Shown here: positions 42,877 to 52,228 of the stretch, piece after piece
How positions within the stretch are numbered: position 1 is the stretch's first letter
How the letters are laid out: each line of letters begins with the position of its first letter
Assembly (NCBI GenBank): GCA_965263295.1
Contig: OZ253665.1
Location: 1 to 64,000 of the forward strand
Reading direction: 5' to 3'
From: Spirochaetia bacterium
GTDB taxonomy: Bacteria; Spirochaetota; Spirochaetia; SP-2023
Length of the DNA: 64,000 bases
Position numbers and translations under genes: made by a program
The notes under the pieces: model-generated
The model's input: the letters and a program-made list of their open reading frames with translations, nothing else
What the model was told of the DNA's origin: nothing
Database searches by the model: none

Positions 42877-44363
42877 AGCTTCGGCTGGCTCCGCCGAAAG
42901 AGAACCGTTGGACTAGCTGTGAGTCCGTAAGCCACCAGGCCGACCAGCAGGCTGTAAGGCAAAAGTCTGACGCCGCCAAAGTCGGGATATAGCCAGTTGA
43001 GTGCGGTGTATGAGCAGAGCCCCAGCAGGCTTGAGCTAATTGCGGCATGGGCACCTGGGCGCCGCGTCAAGATACCCAGAACTATGGGCCACAGCAGGGC
43101 GACCTGGGTAATTCCCAGGGCATACAGGTTTAAAGTCACCAGTAATTGCGGGGGCTTCAGGGCGAGTATGGCACAAATTACGATAGTCAACGCAGCTAAA
43201 ATGCGGCTGAGGCGAAAATGCCGTTGCTCGCTGCTGGATGTTTGCGCGCGACTGGATGATCGGCTGAAACGGCTGAAACGGCGCGGCAGCAGATGGCGAT
43301 AGATGCACAGTCCCAGGGTGTTTAACGCCGAGTCGGCCGTGGACATAATGGCGGCGAGCATGGCGCTGATCAGCATGCCGCTAAAGAGGCTGCCAATTGC
43401 GCCGTATTGCGGCGCGCGGAACAGTTGGCCGATGCGTCCCATCACTTGGTCTGGCTCTGAGATATCCGGCAGCACAATACGGCCAAGAAAGCCGATAAAA
43501 TGGGGCAGAAAGACTAGCGAGCCGAGGACAGCAATCGAAATCAAAATCCCCTTGCGCAAACTCTGGCCATGCTCCAGGGCCAATAGGCGCGAAAAGCTAA
43601 TGGGTTGCACGATCATGCCGAATCCGACCAGGATGGTAAAATTGAGCGTGTAGCTTAGTGGCACCAAGCCGCCGCCGTCGGCCTGGAAGAGTTCTGGGTT
43701 TCCCCTGGCAAAGTGGCTCAGCCCGTTGGCACCGCCGGCTTTCTGCCAAAGGAAGGCGAACAGTATCAAGCTCGCTAGCAGCATCCAGGCACCTTGCAGA
43801 ATATCTGTCAATACCACGGCGCGCAGGCCGCCCAGCAGAGTGTAGACCCCCAAGGCCAGGCTAAATATGAATAAAATTTTTCCGTAGCTAATGTCATATT
43901 CGCTTAACGCCCCTTGGAGCAGGCGGCTGCCGCCCATGATGGCAATCATCAGTTGTATGGCGAGTATTATGGCAATTAGCATGGCGCAAAAACGACTGTA
44001 GAGGCGCGAGCGATAGCGCAGCAACAAGTAGTCGGCCAAGTCGTAGAGCTGGTGCCTATGGCCTAGTTGCCGTATCTGTTGGCCAAATATGCCCATGATA
44101 ATCAGGCTGACCGGGTATTGCACGGCGGCCAGGAAAACCCAGGCCAAGCCCCGGCTGTAGGCGACGCCGGGGCCGCCGATAAACGACGAGGCGCTCACAT
44201 AGGTCGCGGCAGTGGTCATAGCCAGAGAGAAAATGCCCAGTTGGCGCCCGCTCAAGAAGTAGTCGAAAGCCAGGTTTTTGGCACCGCGGCTGCGGCCGCG
44301 ATGCCGGCTGTACAGGGCAACGGCAATCAAAAGGACAAAGTAGGCGAAGATAGTGACGATCAT
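42873..44363 (-). CDS. panF: Sodium/pantothenate symporter
   Basis: AMTTAATYVSASSFIGGPG, GGLRAVVLTD, AAIMSTADS; ATG at 44363. Confidence 0.9.
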   Translation of the reverse strand: MIVTIFAYFVLLIAVALYSRHRGRSRGAKNLAFDYFLSGRQLGIFSLAMTTAATYVSASSFIGGPGVAYSRGLAWVFLAAVQYPVSLIIMGIFGQQIRQLGHRHQLYDLADYLLLRYRSRLYSRFCAMLIAIILAIQLMIAIMGGSRLLQGALSEYDISYGKILFIFSLALGVYTLLGGLRAVVLTDILQGAWMLLASLILFAFLWQKAGGANGLSHFARGNPELFQADGGGLVPLSYTLNFTILVGFGMIVQPISFSRLLALEHGQSLRKGILISIAVLGSLVFLPHFIGFLGRIVLPDISEPDQVMGRIGQLFRAPQYGAIGSLFSGMLISAMLAAIMSTADSALNTLGLCIYRHLLPRRFSRFSRSSSRAQTSSSEQRHFRLSRILAALTIVICAILALKPPQLLVTLNLYALGITQVALLWPIVLGILTRRPGAHAAISSSLLGLCSYTALNWLYPDFGGVRLLPYSLLVGLVAYGLTASPTVLFRRSQPKL

Positions 44364-44668
44364 AGCCGTCCTCCCGCCTGTTGCCGGCCCGAATCCGCGG
44401 CCGGCCGCGGATTGTCGGGCAGCAGCCAGATGCTCAGGCTGAACAGCAGAGGCAAGCTGACAATGCTGCTGAGCCAGAACCACAGAGGCAGCCCTAAAAA
44501 TATTAAATTTAGCCTCGCAGCGAGGCCGCTGTGGGTGCCGAGAACAGCCCAGAGGAACCACCAGGCAAAAAATGCGAGACTTAATATCAAGCTGCGTTTG
44601 CCGAGTGTCGGAGCTTGAGAATTTTGTTCACTTTGCCAGTCTTGGGTATTTTGCTCTTGATCGTTCAT
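44360..44668 (-). CDS. YhdT/DUF997-like small membrane protein
   Basis: Two TMs with GLPLWFWLS; immediately upstream of panF, as in yhdT-panF operons. Confidence 0.75.
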   Translation of the reverse strand: MNDQEQNTQDWQSEQNSQAPTLGKRSLILSLAFFAWWFLWAVLGTHSGLAARLNLIFLGLPLWFWLSSIVSLPLLFSLSIWLLPDNPRPAADSGRQQAGGRL

Positions 44669-45150
44669 AATGACTCCTTTTGCGCTTGTTTGACGCGCTT
44701 GTTTGATTTGTGGAGCCAAATAGAAGGCCGTCCGAGGCGGGGACTATGCGGCCGGGGAGTGGAGAAAATTAGGCTAGGTCCCAATTACAGTATCAATTGA
44801 CAATTGCCTGCTGTCATTGTCGATTGCGGTGGTACCTGGATTTCAGGTCCTGCGATGGCAGCACTTTGGGATTCGCCTAGTTTGATATTCGCCGGCAAGA
44901 GAGTCCAAGTCCAGAATCCTGCGATCTCGGCTCCGTCAAGCGCCCGCCATGCTAGTTTTTTTGTTTTTGACCGTCAAGAAGGGGAAGGCAGAGAAAACCT
45001 TTTCTGCTAAGATGACAATTCGGCTGGGCTTTTGGGGTGCTGGGCCTGGTGCGGGCGGTTTCAAGCGGCCTGATCCAGCGGCTTGATCAATCATATGTGT
45101 CCGGACCAGAATTCATGCGCCCAAGCCGGGCAGTGAGCAAAGGAGGGTGT

Positions 45151-45687
45151 ATGTTCTCAAATGAGAATATTCCATCAAATACTATCAATGGTAGCGATGC
45201 CAAACTTGGAATTTGCCTGCAGTATCGCTCAAAAAATTTTGGTCCGTTGCTTGTCGGCCTGCGCGAGCTGGAACCGGGCGACTACCACAAAGGCTACATG
45301 CAGCTTTGTGCCACGCTGACCAGTTGCCCTGAAATTTCGGAGGCCCAGTTTCATCAGATTCTGGCTGAGCGCGAGGCGGGGCGCTGGCATACCTGGGTAC
45401 TGACCGATAGCGTCGCAGATCAGGAGCGCTTGGTGGCGACCATTAGTTTGCACCTGGAGCGAAAATTCTACCGCGATGGTCGCTATGTGGGGCATATCGA
45501 AGATCTAATTGTATTGCCAGAATACCAGCAACATCAACTAGGGAAAAGTTTGATGCAGTTCGCGATTGACAAGGCGGAGGCCATGAACTGTTATAAAATT
45601 ATCCTCGACTGTGACGAAAGATTGCAAGAATTTTACAGTAAAAGTGATCTGAAATACAGCAATATCCAGATGGCCAAGTATTTTTGA
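45151..45687 (+). CDS. GNAT acetyltransferase, glucosamine-6-phosphate N-acetyltransferase (GNA1)-like
   Basis: LRELEPGDYHKGYMQL, LERKFY...VGHIEDLIV, LGKSL, CYKIILDC, FY; ATG at 45151 after AAGGAGG. Confidence 0.85.
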   Translation: MFSNENIPSNTINGSDAKLGICLQYRSKNFGPLLVGLRELEPGDYHKGYMQLCATLTSCPEISEAQFHQILAEREAGRWHTWVLTDSVADQERLVATISLHLERKFYRDGRYVGHIEDLIVLPEYQQHQLGKSLMQFAIDKAEAMNCYKIILDCDERLQEFYSKSDLKYSNIQMAKYF

Positions 45688-45697
45688 CGGCGCGAAC

Positions 45698-47716
45698 ATG
45701 TGTGGGATTATTGCGTATTGTGGTGAAGAAAACGCCCAGCCCGTAATACTTTCTGGCTTAAAAAAACTGGAATACCGTGGCTATGACTCTGTAGGCATGG
45801 CTTGTGCCCAGGTCAAAGGTCTGGATGCGGGGTTTGCCATGTACAAGGAAGTGGGCAAAGTAGAGGACCTGGAACGCCTCTGTGAAGAGCACAGCTTGCA
45901 AGGCTTCAGCGGAATTGGCCACTGTCGTTGGGCGACGCATGGTGCCGTGACCTGGGCCAATGCCCATCCTCATCTCAGTTTCGACGGCCAGGTCATCCTG
46001 GTGCACAATGGCATTATCGAAAACTACCTGGAATTGCGACGTTTTCTCGAAGGCGAGGGCCTGGTTTTTCAATCGGAAGGGGATACCGAAACGGTTGCCA
46101 ACCTCTTGGCTTATTTATTGCAAGTGGGCCAGGGGCGCGATTTGTCGCCGGCGGCCACCCGCATTTCGGCGCGAGCCCGGCTGCACGGCGAACAGGGGCA
46201 GGACCTCGCTTTGCGCGCCCTGCAGAGCCTGCCTCACTGGTTGAAGGGGGCCTATGCCCTGGCCATAATGTTTGCCGCCCGGCCAGATGAAATTTATGCC
46301 GTCCGCTGTGAAAGCCCACTCGTGCTCGGCCTGGGACAGCGGGGCAATTATCTCGCTTCCGATGTATTGCCCATTTTGGATTACAGCCGCGAAGTCATTT
46401 ATTTGCAAAACCACGAGATTGTCCGTTTAAGACGACCCGGTGACTCCGGTGACTCTGCCGCCGGGTCCGGTTTTGCGGCCATGCAACTCTACGATGCCGC
46501 CGCCCGGCGATTAGAGCCTAGCACAGTGCGCGCGACAAGGCTGCAAAAGCTACAAGAAAGCGCCGAAGTCGTCGACAAACAAGGCTACCAGCATTTTATG
46601 GCCAAAGAGATATACGAACAGCCCAGGGTCTTCCGCGACTTGTTTCGGCGCCATGTGGATGCGCACGGCTGGCGGCCGCGTTTTGCCTTTGATGAGCAGC
46701 AGGAGCAGAAACTACGGGGTATTCAGCAGATCGTTTTTGTCAGTTGCGGCACCAGCTACCATTCTTCGGTCTATGCCAAATACTTGTTGGAAAAATACTG
46801 CGGTATTGCCGTTCGCGTTGAATATGCCTCTGAATTTCGCTACCGCGAACCGCTGCTGGGTCCGCATACTTTGGTCATCGGTCTGTCCCAGAGTGGCGAG
46901 ACGGCAGACACCCTGGCGGCTTTGCGTTTGGCTAAAGATCTGGGCGCGGCGACTCTCGGCCTGGTCAACGTGGCCAGCAGCAGCATTGCCCGCATGGTGG
47001 ATATTTTGCTGTGCAGTCACTGCGGGCCAGAGATCGGCGTGGCTTCGACCAAGGTCTACACGGCCCAGTTGCTGATTCTCTATTATCTGACGTTCTACCT
47101 GGCTCACTTGCGCGGCCTGGGCACGCGCGAACTAGTGGCGCAAAAGTTGCAAGAAAGTCAAAAGCTGGCGGTGTTTGCCGGACGGATTCTGAGCCAGGCG
47201 GACAGCTTGCGCGAGCTGGGCCGGGCGTATGCGGGCTACCAGCACATGCTCTACCTCGGACGCGGATTGTATTATCCGCTGGCCCTGGAGGGGGCTTTGA
47301 AGCTCAAGGAGCTGAGCTACATCCACGCCGAAGCTTACGCTGCGGCTGAAATGAAACACGGCCCCATCGCGTTAATTGACAATCGCATGCCCGTGCTGGT
47401 GCTGGTACCGAGCTGTGGCACCCTCTACGAAAAAATGCAGAGCAATATTGCCGAGGTGAAAGCTCGTGGCGGCCGCATCCTGGCATTTGTCGGCGCGGCC
47501 GCCGGCAGTCAAGAGACAGAAGAAGCCGGCGCAGCCTCGTTTGCCGAGCTAAAAGCTCTCTACAACGACCATTTTGTGCTGCCGTCCATTAGCGAAGAGC
47601 TGGATGTGCTGATTCTCGCCTTGCCTCTGCAGCTGTTTGCCTACCATATTGCCGTGGTCAAGGGCATCGACCCGGACCAGCCGCGCAACCTAGCTAAATC
47701 CGTGACGGTGGAATAA
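45698..47716 (+). CDS. glmS: Glutamine-fructose-6-phosphate transaminase
   Basis: MCGI, LEYRGYDS, RWATHG, SQSGETADT, EGALKLKE, PRNLAKSVTVE. Confidence 0.98.
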   Translation: MCGIIAYCGEENAQPVILSGLKKLEYRGYDSVGMACAQVKGLDAGFAMYKEVGKVEDLERLCEEHSLQGFSGIGHCRWATHGAVTWANAHPHLSFDGQVILVHNGIIENYLELRRFLEGEGLVFQSEGDTETVANLLAYLLQVGQGRDLSPAATRISARARLHGEQGQDLALRALQSLPHWLKGAYALAIMFAARPDEIYAVRCESPLVLGLGQRGNYLASDVLPILDYSREVIYLQNHEIVRLRRPGDSGDSAAGSGFAAMQLYDAAARRLEPSTVRATRLQKLQESAEVVDKQGYQHFMAKEIYEQPRVFRDLFRRHVDAHGWRPRFAFDEQQEQKLRGIQQIVFVSCGTSYHSSVYAKYLLEKYCGIAVRVEYASEFRYREPLLGPHTLVIGLSQSGETADTLAALRLAKDLGAATLGLVNVASSSIARMVDILLCSHCGPEIGVASTKVYTAQLLILYYLTFYLAHLRGLGTRELVAQKLQESQKLAVFAGRILSQADSLRELGRAYAGYQHMLYLGRGLYYPLALEGALKLKELSYIHAEAYAAAEMKHGPIALIDNRMPVLVLVPSCGTLYEKMQSNIAEVKARGGRILAFVGAAAGSQETEEAGAASFAELKALYNDHFVLPSISEELDVLILALPLQLFAYHIAVVKGIDPDQPRNLAKSVTVE

Positions 47717-47722
47717 AGCCTT

Positions 47723-48298
47723 ATGGATGATAAGATGGCTGACATGGGCAAAACAAAGCGGCGGGCCATTCTGACAAAGAGGGGCTGGATCATCTTTCTG
47801 GCCGTTTTTTTGTGTTATATCCTGGTATTATCGTATTTCGCATATCCGTATATCAAATTTATATTTATCAATGAAACAATTAATCGGCACAAAGCGAATA
47901 AAGCGATGCAGGAACTCATAACAGAGATGCCGTACCGGGATGCGGTAAAAAAGAGTGAAATAGCTCATTTTCACTGGAATAGTAACTACTGCTTCTATGT
48001 CGCGATCGCGTATATCTCGGATATTCCCGCGGCAGAACCGGAACAGGTAAAGGATTCCATATTTCACTATCTCAAGACTGCGCGAGAAGTGCCCTCAATA
48101 TATCATGTCGAGCACAATGGCAAGGAGACTGTCACTAGCTTGGAACACGGCATTTATATGAAAGACTACGACTATGACCGATCTACCGATGAGCAATTTC
48201 GGGACCACTTTTCTTCGATAAAAATACCGCCAGATGTCCATTTTATTGTGGGCTGGGAAGTCATCGAAGATTATCAGGATTCCTTGCAATGCCATTGA
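47723..48298 (+). CDS. Hypothetical membrane-anchored protein
   Basis: Single N-terminal TM; more AT-rich than its neighbours. Confidence 0.65.
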   Translation: MDDKMADMGKTKRRAILTKRGWIIFLAVFLCYILVLSYFAYPYIKFIFINETINRHKANKAMQELITEMPYRDAVKKSEIAHFHWNSNYCFYVAIAYISDIPAAEPEQVKDSIFHYLKTAREVPSIYHVEHNGKETVTSLEHGIYMKDYDYDRSTDEQFRDHFSSIKIPPDVHFIVGWEVIEDYQDSLQCH

Positions 48299-48520
48299 GT
48301 GCCCGTCACTGGCTCAGGCCTCGTGTGGCCTTGAATCTGGGCGTGTGTTTTCTGAGTCTGGCGCGGGGCGTCCTCTCTTGCGGCTGTTCAACTTGACGAT
48401 ACACACAAAACCGCGAATCATTGAGCGCAGAGGATAAAAACGAACAGTTCAGCCTTGCCCGGGATTCTTAGAGGTGACAATGGGAGCGTCAAAGTTGACC
48501 GCCAAAATACGGGGGAAAAT

Positions 48521-49945
48521 ATGCCAAATAACGCCTTGCGCGGCAAGCACCGCGCGCCAAATGATCGAGCAGAACAGACGGCACAGCTCGATTTAGAGCG
48601 GGGAACCAGGGCTTACAGTGGGGAGGAACTCAGGCAAATGGACCGGGCGCACGTCTGGCATCCTTACAGCGATATTGACGAGTTGCAGCAGCTTGAGTTT
48701 CCGCTGCTTGAGCGCGCTGAGGGTTGTTATCTCTATGACCGCGACGGCGGCCGCTATCTGGATGGTATTGCCTCGTGGTGGTGCGTCAACTTTGGCCATT
48801 CTCACCCGCGCCTACTGGCAGCCATCCGCGCGCAGAGCGAGGCGTTGCAGAATGTGATCCTCGCGGGTATGTCGCACGAGAAGGCCATTTTGCTGGCGCG
48901 GAAGCTGGCCGGCCTGGCGCCGATTCCCGGCGCTCATTGCTATTTTGCCAGCGATGGGGCCTCCGCGGTCGAGGCGGCCCTGCGCATGGCCCTGCATTAC
49001 TGGGAAAATGTGGGCGAACGGCGGCGCAAGAAATTCCTTTGCCTGCAGGACGGCTACCACGGTGACACGATGGGAACGCTGGGCGTGGGTTATGTCGAGC
49101 GTTTCCACCACCAATTGCGCGATCTGCTGCCACAGAACTACCGCGCGGCTTCGCCGCACTGCGCGGCCTGCCCGTACGGCCTGAAGCCCGCTTCTTGCCA
49201 GGCGCAATGCTTTGCCAGCATGGAGCGGCTGTTTGCCGAGCACGCCCAGGACTGCGCGGCGGTGATCGTCGAGCCGCTGTGCCAGGGCGCCGGCGGTGTG
49301 CGCATTTATTCATCAATATATTTGCAAAAGTTGCGCCAGCTCTGCGATCAGACTGGCGTGCTCTTGATCTGCGACGAGATTGCCGTGGGTTTTGGCCGCA
49401 CCGGGGCGATGTTCGCTTGCGAGAAAGTGGGTATCGTGCCGGACCTGATGACGGTGGGCAAGGGCCTCACGGGCGGTTACCTGCCGATGAGCGCGGTGCT
49501 CGCCCGCGATGAAATTTACCAAAGTTTTCGCCCCTCGCGCGGCGGCGATACCTTTTTTCACGGCCACACTTACTGCGGCAACCCGATCGTTTCGGCTCTG
49601 GCCCTGCGGGCTCTGGACTTGTATGGCGAGGAGCGCGTCCTCGAGCGCATCCAGCCGCTAATCGCGCTGCTGACCACAGAAATCACGGCCTTGCAGCAAA
49701 ACTTTTTGCCGCAGTCGTACAGCAATTCTCTGGGCATGATTGCGGCCATCGAAATTTGCGAGGCCGAAGGGGGCGCCCGTGCCGCCGCCGAGTTGGCTGC
49801 CGCCGCCTGGCGGCGCGGACTGTTTGTGCGCCCCTTGTCGAATGTCTTGTACCTGTGGCCGCCGCTGCTGATCAGCGAGGCCGAGCTGCGTTTTTGTTTT
49901 AACGTGCTGCGCGAGTGCCTGGCGGAGCGCGGCCGAGCCGGCTGA
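48521..49945 (+). CDS. bioA: Adenosylmethionine-8-amino-7-oxononanoate transaminase
   Basis: VWHPY, DGIASWW, YHGDT, DEIAVGFGRTG, GKGLTGGYLP, HGHTYCGNP; start uncertain (48521 or 48638). Confidence 0.92.
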   Translation: MPNNALRGKHRAPNDRAEQTAQLDLERGTRAYSGEELRQMDRAHVWHPYSDIDELQQLEFPLLERAEGCYLYDRDGGRYLDGIASWWCVNFGHSHPRLLAAIRAQSEALQNVILAGMSHEKAILLARKLAGLAPIPGAHCYFASDGASAVEAALRMALHYWENVGERRRKKFLCLQDGYHGDTMGTLGVGYVERFHHQLRDLLPQNYRAASPHCAACPYGLKPASCQAQCFASMERLFAEHAQDCAAVIVEPLCQGAGGVRIYSSIYLQKLRQLCDQTGVLLICDEIAVGFGRTGAMFACEKVGIVPDLMTVGKGLTGGYLPMSAVLARDEIYQSFRPSRGGDTFFHGHTYCGNPIVSALALRALDLYGEERVLERIQPLIALLTTEITALQQNFLPQSYSNSLGMIAAIEICEAEGGARAAAELAAAAWRRGLFVRPLSNVLYLWPPLLISEAELRFCFNVLRECLAERGRAG

Positions 49946-50026
49946 TGGCATAAAATTACTTTGCCCCCTTGCTAGAGCGGCGGCTTTTGCTTAAACTGAT
50001 TTCACTTCTTCGCCCCAAACTTTTAC

Positions 50027-50399
50027 GGGGGTGTACTGGATTCGACTGGAGGTTTATGGTAGCTGGACGGCAGGTGGAGCGTAACTCCTTAAAATGCAAA
50101 CTCTTTTAGTTGCCAAGGAAGAAGAAAACTTCGTACTCGCAGAAGCTGAGTACGAAGAATTGGCACTGGCTGCCTAGCAGCCACGGGCTTAGGGAATGCG
50201 GCTTCGAGTTCCCGTTAGCTTGTTAGACTCCGAGGCTTGCCGCTGTTCATGTGCTGCGGGGCAGTGGGACTTTTAGCAGTGCTGGCAGTCGCCAAGCACG
50301 TTAGCTTGTCTTTGCGGCTGTGAGATCCGATAGCTGACTAAACCTGTAGAAGTTCATCTGTCACCCTTTGGCACGCGGGTTCGATTCCCGCCACCTCCA
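50027..50399 (+). ncRNA. ssrA: tmRNA
   Basis: 5' GGGGGTGTACTGGATTCGAC; 3' GCGGGTTCGATTCCCGCCACCTCCA; tag ORF 50112-50177 encodes AKEEENFVLAEAEYEELALAA*. Confidence 0.96.
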
Positions 50400-50450
50400 A
50401 TTATAATAAAAGCCGCAGCATACGCTGCGGCTTTTATTATAATTGGAGGT
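50393..50450 (+). terminator. Perfect 27-bp hairpin, probable ssrA terminator
   Basis: ACCTCCAATTATAATAAAAGCCGCAGC-ATAC-GCTGCGGCTTTTATTATAATTGGAGGT; GC stem followed by TTTTATT. Confidence 0.8.
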
Positions 50451-50642
50451 CCAGTTTGGAGGCCAGGATTGAGAGTTGAGTATCTGGCAGCGATCGTTTG
50501 CTTTTGTTCCCCTGTGACTTGCGGCAGTCAAGTGAGTTACGATCTTTAAACCGGCGGGATGAATTGACATAGCGGCCAGATTTTCTTACTTTTGCTAAAA
50601 ATACCTTGTTGATGAGCCAGGTTATTGGTAGGAGGTGATTTA

Positions 50643-52226
50643 ATGGATAAGAATCAAGACAATTTGGATTTAGCGATGCTGATTGAAAACGGCGCGTCTG
50701 AAGGCGAGGTTCAGGCGGACGCTTTGGCCGATAAAATGGATATACCGCCAGACGGCGCAGAGAAGACCCGGGGCGTTGTCCGTTCGTTTATTCGCTCATA
50801 CAAGAATAAGTCTCCTGAGCTATCGAATAGGGAATGGCTTGCTAGTGAATTTTCCAAATATCCGGAAATTTGGCTTGATCAGAGTGAATTGACCCAAACT
50901 GTGGGGGAAGTGGTTGGGCAAGTGGAGCTCTTTGATGCCTCAAATCAGGAACTCGCAGAACATCATCACAAAGGGCTGAGTACAAATAATTGGCTTGCGA
51001 AAAAAATTGAACAGGGGGCATCGGCAAGTGGTGTCACCAATTTGGGAGCTTATGCCGGAGAAATTGATGGGGCGATTGAAACAGCCAACAAGGCGAATGT
51101 CGACTTGCTGTATCGCAATGATGGTCAACTGAATCAACAGTACAACCTGGATGGTTTCATTGCCGAACAGCATCATGCCGATACTTTCAATTTAGATGCG
51201 GCGGCCAAAGGCAGTGGATACCGGGCAGAGGTTTTGCAACCGAAACCTGGCGAGCCGTATGGAAAAAATTCAGTGGATATTGTTGTTCGGAATGGGGATG
51301 GCAAAATTGTCCGTCGCTACCAGTCTAAGTATGGTAAAGATGCCGATGCCACGGATGCGATGTTAAAACAAGGTGATTATCGCGGGCAGCGCAAGCTGGT
51401 TCCTAAAGGGCAGTCCGAAGATATTGCCGGCAGCACCGAGAAAATTGAAATTGATGGCGTGGAGTCGCAGCCGCTTTCCAAGCATGAAGCCAAAGAGTGG
51501 CAACGCAAAGCGCAGGAAAAAGCCGAGGCCAGGCAATATGACTGGAATCAAACCAGCAGAATAGATATCGCCAAGAATATCGGCAAAAAAGCCGGCGCGA
51601 CCGCGCTGCTATCTGTGGGCTTCCAAGGCGCCCGCATTCTCGGCCGGCGGATATGGAACAAAATCAAGGGAAAAGAAAATAAGAGCGTAGAAGAGGATCT
51701 CCAAGAGTTTGTCGGGAGTTCAATTAAATCCGCGGCGACGTCCGGCCTGACGGTTGCGGTCACAGGAGGCTTGACGGTTGCGGTAAAAAGCGGTTGGCTG
51801 GGCAAAGTCCTGAAAGCGACTCCGGCGGGCAGGATTGCGAATGCCGTTTGCCTGGGGATTGAAAATGTCAAAATCCTCTACAAATATGCAACGGGCGAGC
51901 TGAGCAGAGAAGAAGCCCTCAATCAAGCAAGCAGCGCCACATGCAGCCTCGTCGGCGGTCTAGCTGGCGGCGCGAAGGGGGCGAGTGTCGGGGCCGCAGT
52001 CGGGACCGCACTGGGACCGGTTGGCACTGCAATTGGCGGCGTGGTCGGTGGCGTGGTCGGCGGAATCGCGGGAAGTAGCGTCGGCCAAGCGATACACGAA
52101 GGTGGCAAAAAAATTGTTACCGCCGTTGTTGAAAAGGTTAAGTCCGTTGGAACCGCGATCTACAGCGGTGTAAAATCAATTTTCAGTGGCGTAAAATCAC
52201 GTGTAAAATCAATATTGGGGTTTTAG
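50643..52226 (+). CDS. Uncharacterised protein: putative PD-(D/E)xK-like central domain plus C-terminal glycine zipper
   Basis: GFIAEQHH..TFN...SVDIVV...YQSKY; Gly-rich GxxxG stretch near the C-terminus; ATG at 50643 after AGGAGG. Confidence 0.8.
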   Translation: MDKNQDNLDLAMLIENGASEGEVQADALADKMDIPPDGAEKTRGVVRSFIRSYKNKSPELSNREWLASEFSKYPEIWLDQSELTQTVGEVVGQVELFDASNQELAEHHHKGLSTNNWLAKKIEQGASASGVTNLGAYAGEIDGAIETANKANVDLLYRNDGQLNQQYNLDGFIAEQHHADTFNLDAAAKGSGYRAEVLQPKPGEPYGKNSVDIVVRNGDGKIVRRYQSKYGKDADATDAMLKQGDYRGQRKLVPKGQSEDIAGSTEKIEIDGVESQPLSKHEAKEWQRKAQEKAEARQYDWNQTSRIDIAKNIGKKAGATALLSVGFQGARILGRRIWNKIKGKENKSVEEDLQEFVGSSIKSAATSGLTVAVTGGLTVAVKSGWLGKVLKATPAGRIANAVCLGIENVKILYKYATGELSREEALNQASSATCSLVGGLAGGAKGASVGAAVGTALGPVGTAIGGVVGGVVGGIAGSSVGQAIHEGGKKIVTAVVEKVKSVGTAIYSGVKSIFSGVKSRVKSILGF

Positions 52227-52228
52227 GT

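Noticed and set aside
44798..44816. TGACA-N9-TGTCA possible operator
   Set aside because: 5-bp arms are expected by chance.
44720..45150. glmS ribozyme upstream of the GNAT-glmS operon (AAGCGCC near 44938)
   Set aside because: The conserved downstream core (GACGAGG) and pairing are not visible; an Rfam RF00234 scan would settle it.
50361..50570. 69-aa minus-strand ORF ending WRWRESNPR
   Set aside because: Typical antisense translation of a tRNA-like T-arm (ssrA 3' end).
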